From: Stegostoma tigrinum
Lineage: Eukaryota
DNA: 64,000 nucleotides
Direction: 5' to 3'
Assembly (NCBI RefSeq): GCF_030684315.1
Contig: NC_081357.1
Location: forward strand, 42,767,517-42,831,516
Shown here: positions 57,350-64,000 of the stretch, piece after piece
Layout of the letters: each line of letters starts with the position of its first letter
How positions within the stretch are numbered: position 1 is the stretch's first letter
The notes under the pieces: model-generated
Told to the model about the DNA's origin: nothing
Database searches by the model: none
Seen by the model: the letters and a program-made list of their open reading frames with translations, nothing else
Position numbers and translations under genes: made by a program

Positions 57350-58720
57350 GATATTGGTGATGGGGAATAATGTTCAAGTCCATTATACAAGATGCGATAG
57401 GAGAACACTTGGAAAATAGTGACAGGATTATACAGAGCCAGCAAAGATTTATAAAAGGGACGTGGTACTTAACAAATCTGTGACAATTTTTTGGCAATAG
57501 ACTAATAGAATAGATAAGAGGAAACCAATAGCTGTGGTTTAATTGGATTTTACCAGGCTTTTGCTAAGGTTCCACGTAAGAGATTAGCATGTAAAGTTCA
57601 AGTGCATGGGCTTGGAGGCCAAATACTGAAATGGACTGAGAATTGGTTGGCGGAGAGGATGCAAAGATTATGAATAAACAAGTATTTTTTCTGAGTAGCA
57701 GGCCATGATTAGTGGGGTACTGCAAGGATCAGTGCTTGAACCCCAGCTATTCTCAATATGTATTAATGGTTTAGATGAGGCAATCAGGGCTATATCTCCA
57801 AGGCTGCAGAAGAAACAAAGCTGGGTGAAGTTATGCTGTGAGGAGGATGCAGAGAAGCTTCTCTGTGATTTGGACAAGTTAAGTAAGTGGGCAAATAGGT
57901 GGCAGGTGCAGCATAATGTGGACAGATGTGAGATTATCTATATTGGTAGCAAATACAGGCAAGCAGATTATTATCTGAGCGGTGACAAACTGGGGAAGGG
58001 GAAGGTGCAAAGAGACTGAGGCATCTTTGTGCTCCACTCATCGAAAATAAGCAGGCAGGTGCAGCAGGCAGTGAGAAAGGCAAGTGAGAAAGCCAAATGA
58101 TATGTTGGCCTTCATAGCAAGAGGCTTCAAGTACAGGGATAGCGATGTCTTGCTGCAACTGGCAGGGCATTGCTTAGACCACACCTGAATTATAGTATCC
58201 AGCTTTGGCCTCTTTGTCTGATGAATGATGTTCTGGCTATTGAGTGAGAGCAAAGTGGGTTTACCAGACTGATTCCTGGGATGGTAGCACTGCCAAGTGG
58301 GGAGGACTGGATCACTATAGTTTAGACGTCTGAGGAGCAATCTCTTAGAAACCCTGTAAAATTGTAGAAAGACTGGACAGGGTAGATGTAAGAATGATGT
58401 TCTCGGTGACTGGGAAGTCTGGAACCAGGGGTCACAGTCAAAGGATAAGGGGTAGGCTTTTTAGGTCAGAGATGAGGAGAAATTTCTTTACCCAGCAAGT
58501 GGGGAGCCTGTGGAAATCTCTGCTACAGAAAACTGTTGAGGCCAAAACATGGAAGATTTTCAAGACATTCTTAGGATTGAAGGGTTCAGAAGATGTGGGG
58601 AGATAACATGAACAGGATATTGAATTAAATGATCAGATATGATCATATTGAATGGTGATCTGGCTCTAAGTGCCAAATAGCCTACTCCTGTTCCTATATT
58701 CTGTGTCTTTATATCTTTGT
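57350..58720 (+). mobile_element. Degenerate CR1 LINE, RT to 3'UTR
   Basis: SGVLQGSVL, TRGHSQRIRGRLFRSEMRRNFFTQ. Confidence 0.88.
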
Positions 58721-60589
58721 TCTTGATCATGATCCTGCGGTTTGGTGTTGGAACTAAAGGCACGTAGATTTAGAGTGGGAACAAGATCGAACCTGTTTTT
58801 GACAACTGACAATGTTCATTTTCCACACTGTAAAAAGAAGGGCCATTTAATGAAGCTGTGGCATGGGTTTTGCTTTACCAAAACTTTACCCGAAGGTGAA
58901 CTATCATTTTCAGGAGAAAAAGCAAGAGGAGAAAAGATACCGAGAAATTTGAAGAAAAGAAAGATAATCTCTGAAACCCAAAATGAAATTACAACTTTGT
59001 AACATCTCATTTAGTAGTTAATCTTTTTACAATATATGCCATGGCATGTTTGATTTATTTACACTAGCATTGGGTGCCATGGGTACAGACTGTCATACTA
59101 TTCCATGTAATTGATGTGTGCTGACATTGACTATCCCCCGAAGGTTCATTGTCTACTCTTCACTAAATTGTGATGCACGCAAAGAAAATACAGAGCAGAA
59201 ACTTTTATTATGAAATGCTATTTCATTCAAGAAACTCTTTTGAATTTCTCTATATGATGGAGATGTCTATCTGCTAGTAAATCAAGATTAATTTCCAGAA
59301 AATAGCTCAGTACTAATCTTTCTAGTAACATTTTGTGGATTTTTCATTATCATCGTTAAGATCTCGACTACTGAGTTTTTGTTTCAAACTTGTTTTGTCC
59401 TCATTTTGATTTTAGCTTTTCACCAATTATTCTGTGCAAAATCTTTTGCTCCAATTTCAATTTTCTTGCATCAGATTCCAGCAACAGAAATCTCTTTGGA
59501 TGACTATTGATAATTCTTTATAATAATTCTTTACCTGTTCTGACATGTTTCCTTTAAAACAACTTTTATTAGGGAATGACAATAAATGCCAATGATGCTC
59601 ACATCCCCAGAGCATTTATATATTATATATAGTTTTTTTTTAAATGTCACATAATAAGCACATTAGAGAAAAGTAGTCATTAAAAATGAAACAAACTGCC
59701 CCTGATAAACTTCTCGGTTTTCCCTATGCACTAAAAGTATAATGCACCTACAACTGCTCCCTTTATTTTATTGTGTAACAGTCCAAACTGAAACAAGCTA
59801 ATACAGTAATGAATTAAAATAATTTTCTTTGAGAATTATCAAATTATACAGCATAGACTGACACCATAAATAGCCAACATATGTTTAACTGCTAAATACT
59901 GTTTTTATTGTCCATCATCACTGAGTGGAATCCAAACTCACCTGTATTTATCATACAGTGCTCACCTGCCTAGTTGCAATTCTACATTCAACAGTTTTCT
60001 GTGAAGTGTCCTTCATATAATACAGATTCTGCAACGTTTATATAGTTTCTTACTCTACATGCCAGATGTCCCTAGTAAGGATGCAACAAAATGACTCTGG
60101 GGTACTTGCTGTGTTTTATTAACAGTTCAGGATAAATTGAACTTTTTTAAAAAATGAACTAAACCCAGGAGAGGCTGTGGGCACAATTCTCTGGTCTACA
60201 ACAAAAAAAAAGTGTATTTAGATAGCACCTTTTGCATTAAAAAATTCCTGGCATGCTGCAGGGTTATAATTTTAAAAAGGTGCTATTCTGCCAATGTGTC
60301 ATACCATCAGAAAATATTTCTGGAATAGCCTTGAAGGACGACCCCTGTTGACCCCCTGTAAACCCAGTTCATATAGGTGAACTCAGGGTGAACTAATCCA
60401 TCAGTGAGGGCCTTAAACCATAGTTAGGTTCCTATTTGTGAGAGTATAGAGTGTGTTACTTATTTTGGGCATAGGCACTGGATACCAGTCTTCTTGCTTT
60501 CTTTAACGTGGTGGAGGGAGGACCTCTGGCATATCCACTAATGTGGAAACTTAGAGTGTGATCCAGAAATGGACATTATAAGAGAGGAT

Positions 60590-60851
60590 GAGAGATAATG
60601 GGAACTGCAGATGCTGGAGAATTCCAAGATAATAAAATGTGAGGCTGGATGAACACAGCAGGCCAAGCAGCATCTCAGGAGCACAAAAGCTGACGTTTCG
60701 GGCCTAGACCCTTCATCAGAGAGGGGGATGGGGAGAACCCTCACCCCATCCCCCTCTCTGATGAAGGGTCTAGGCCTGAAACGTCGGCTTTTGTGCTCCT
60801 GAGATGCTGCTTGGCCTGCTGTGTTCATCCAGCTCCACACTTTGTTATCTT
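60590..60851. mobile_element. Palindromic PLE-end element with hammerheads on both strands and non-identical arms
   Basis: 17-bp TSD ACATTATAAGAGAGGAT at 60573-60589 and 60852-60868; hammerheads at 60692-60719(-) and 60758-60785(+). Confidence 0.93.
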
Positions 60852-61189
60852 ACATTATAAGAGAGGATTACTGGATGCAAAAGTTTGGGGTTTTTTTTGG
60901 TAGAAACTTATCTTCCAGTCCACTTCTGCATCTTATGACCAGCTGCTATAATTCCTGACATTTTTAATTAACCCCTACTGGCAGGAAGTTAAACATGAGA
61001 ACTCAAACTGTAAACTAACTCCTTGGTCTACCTACCTTATCCTCCAGTTGTAATTTGGAATTACTATATTTGTATCCAGATAACAGGGAAGATGTGACTT
61101 GGCCACAAATAGTAATGGCTTAGCTGATGTACTTGCCTTGTTTTGTGCATAATAACGTCCATTCTTTTAGGGCACCTGATTTAGTACAT

Positions 61190-61600
61190 AACCTACATTG
61201 ACCCTTCAGTGCAGTTCTGAGAGAGTGCTGCTTAATTGAAGGTGCTGACTTTTGAATGAGATGTAAAACTGAGACCCCTGTCCATCCTTTCAGAGGTTCT
61301 AAATCCCAGGGCTTGATCACAGCAGAGTTAAGAGTTCTCCATGGTGGCCAGGATAACATTCTTCCCCCAACTAACACTGAAAAAGAGTAATTAAAAGAGA
61401 TTTTGGGTCATTGACTTCATTGTTATTTGTGGGAGCTTGCCGTGCACAATGTAAGCTGCCATGTTTCCAAAATTACAGCTTGTACGGAAGTACAAAATTA
61501 CAGAACCTCTTCAAAAACTACTCCATTGTCTGCAAAGATCTTGGACATATCCTGCAATTCTGAAAAACACTCTGTAAATAACTTTTTCTCTCTCTAATTC
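61190..61600 (+). mobile_element. DeuSINE (SacSINE1-like)
   Basis: ggtgctgacttttgaatgagatgtaaaactgagaccc Deu domain; ttgtgggagcttgccgtgcaca; L2-like tail. Confidence 0.65.
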
Positions 61601-63944
61601 AGTAAACAGAGGAGAACATCAGGAAATTTATACAGGAGGGAGAAGGAAATAGATAATGTTTATTGACTGCAAATTTATTTTCGTTTTGAACTTAGATATG
61701 CAACGAAATATATCCCTGGCTCAGAGGGAATTCCATTATCTTGGCTGAGTCCATGTGGAGAAGGGATACTGGGATTTGCTTCCAGTGGGGAATGTTACTT
61801 AGGGGGACACCCCAATCCACTTAGCTGCTGCTTTCATAACTTGCCCCAAATATTGAGTTCTGTGGATGAACACATCTTTATACATGCCTCTGGAACTTTG
61901 AAAACCAACATTGGGCCAGGGTTGTTAATGTGGCATTTCTGGGCTGATTTAGCAACTGTGAGATGCCTGAATAACTTGCTTGGGGCTAAAACACATGTGA
62001 GCTCTGTTGTAAGTCTAGTTAAAATTCAAAAAACTAATAAACTGATCTTCAATCCTCTGATAAATTCCTTTATTGCCTTGAAGTGGTATCATAACTGACA
62101 AGGGCGTCTTTTTCTTCAACACTATCTGGGTGTCCATTGCCTTTCAGGAGGTTCAGGAGTGGCTAAACTATCCACCTCCTCAGTTAAAGTAATCAGCCCT
62201 GTTACGCGGTTACAAGGACCAAGATTTAAATCTAATATTCTGATAACCCTATCCCTAGGGTTTGAGATGACCAGCTGTAAGTCAAAGCTACAGATGGAAG
62301 TCATGCCCACGGCTTCTCTTCAACCCTTTCAAGAGAGACAAAATTTTACCCTGAAGTATTTAAGTGACCAATATGTCGGCATGATCCAATTTCTTCAGCA
62401 ATCTTATATGAGCTTATGATATAATGAGAACAATTTTATCAGGCGCATATCCATTTGATATGGGAAAGTTTTAATGTGTCCATCAGACGTGAGAAAGTTT
62501 CTGACCTGTCCAGAAAGTGTGGGAAAGTGACGTATTGGTGAAGTGTGAGAAACTGTCCAACAAAACTAGGAGGTGTGGGAAAGTAATTGTGTGACGTCTG
62601 TGTTGACTACAAAGCATGCTGGCTGATTCAAATTTCACATTCTCAATAAGACAACTAGCCAAGCTCACCAACTGGAAACAAAAAGCTATCATCTCCTAAT
62701 TTGCGAAAACAAGAAAACAAGGCCTAGCATTAAGACCACCAATCAGATATCTAAAAAGAAATTCAAATTCCTTTGAACAGGAACGCTGTTTTACCATTCT
62801 TCACGCTAAAGTTTGCAATGATATCAATATATTTAATACATAAAATATTCAGCAGGTAAATGTAATCATTTAAAGCATTTGCAAAATGAGCCTCTAAATT
62901 ACCTGGTTCTTTTTTTTCAATATGTCCCGTGTCTTCCTCTGAGGTATGCCTCCCTTTTCTGAATGGATCAGTTTTAGCTGAAGCACTGATTCTGGAACTG
63001 GGCTTTTGTTCCCAATGTTCTTTGTGTTTCAATCTCAGTGTCACATTTGTTCAAACTTTTCGAGGTGAACCCTAGCTCTCCTGGGCATCCTGTCATCATT
63101 TTCATACACATTCTCTCCATTACCAGAATGACCACCATCACCCTGTGGAATGGCTCATTCTCCTGTTTGTTTAACAACCTTCTCTCATGTCAGAGTAGCT
63201 ACATAATCCATTGTCCTGAAAAGATGCTAATAGTAAAGGAGCTATAATATCCATGTAAAATGTTGATTTCTAGCCAGTCTGTCTCTATATTGCTCACTCT
63301 AGCTAAATGTTCTCTTTCCCTACACCAATGCTCATGCACTCCAATAACCTCTGTTCCCAATTTCAGCTCCCCTAGTTATCCCATTGCGCCAAATGTTTAT
63401 AGATTCCAGTCACCCACATATTTGTAAGCAGCAGTTCCCTCCATTTCACAGACTCTGACCTTGTTTATGCAAAATAACCCAAGCCATTTCTTCAGTCTAC
63501 CAAATCACAAATAACAACAAAAGGTGCTTGAGAAGTGCTCGTTCTGGCAGCACATGTGGAGGGAGAAGGAGAATTAATGTTTTGAGTCCATATATAATTT
63601 TTCTTGGGGCTTTAAAAAGGGGCTTGAAAAGCAATGGTTGTTATGCTGTTGATAATGGGACAGATCTGGACAGATCCTAAGCTATGGAATTTTCATATCC
63701 AACATCAACGTTCTCAACCCTTCCCCTGAATAATTAGTGATTTCACATTCCAAAAACTCAGTCTAGCGATTTAGGGATATGGGTTCAAATCCCAGCACAA
63801 CAGCCAGTAGAATTTACTTTCTGGTTTACTAATCTGCAATATAAAGCTAGTCTCAGTAACTGTCATCGTGACAACTATCATCAATTGCCAAAAAGAAAAC
63901 ATTTGGCTCATTAATATCTTTTAAAAAATGACATCTACTGTCCT

Positions 63945-64000
63945 TGGAGATAGTGAGAACTGCCGATGCTAGAGTCAGAGATAACCCAGTGTGGAGCTGG
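63945..64000 (-). mobile_element. Start of another PLE-end element (tail arm), cut by the window edge, inside a family-2 SINE
   Basis: gagatagtgagaactgccgatgctagagtcagagataac..gtgtggagctgg. Confidence 0.65.

Noticed and set aside
59082-59096. Glucocorticoid response element GGTACAgacTGTCAT
   Set aside because: It mismatches a key position, and such near-matches are common. I found no convincing GRE ~1 kb upstream, where mammals have one.
62903-63044. Possible upstream SGK1 exon (…HIEKKEP with phase-1 donor CAG|GTAATT at 62903)
   Set aside because: The phase fits exon 2, but there is no ATG, only a weak acceptor, and no recognisable similarity to the long SGK1.1 N-terminus. RNA-seq is needed.

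Overview
Eukaryotic vertebrate DNA, almost certainly a shark or other elasmobranch, judged from its HER1/CR1 LINEs, HE1 V-SINEs and SacSINE1-type DeuSINEs. It holds one host gene, serum/glucocorticoid-regulated kinase 1 (SGK1), complete on the minus strand: 13 coding exons, 52419 to 47894, 432 aa, all introns GT-AG. The gene has a TATA/GC-box promoter in a CpG island, a probable alternative first exon at 53786-53819, and a ~1 kb 3'UTR with miR-15/16 and miR-133 seed sites. The rest is mostly nested retroelements: CR1/HER1 fragments (one young copy with an intact RT ORF), a Tx1/L1-clade relic, several SINE families, a possible solo LTR, Harbinger-like relics and at least four Penelope-like element (PLE) families. 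The most striking feature is the PLE system. Every family ends in a minimal hammerhead-ribozyme motif with a palindromic helix III. About ten 150-260 bp non-coding palindromic insertions are each built from two PLE 3' ends facing outward, most with 10-17 bp target-site duplications. They follow a consistent asymmetry: one arm carries a ~35-nt tail and the other lacks it, and in one copy the two arms come from different sub-variants. Repeat family names come from recognition, not a database search, and boundaries of old repeats are approximate.
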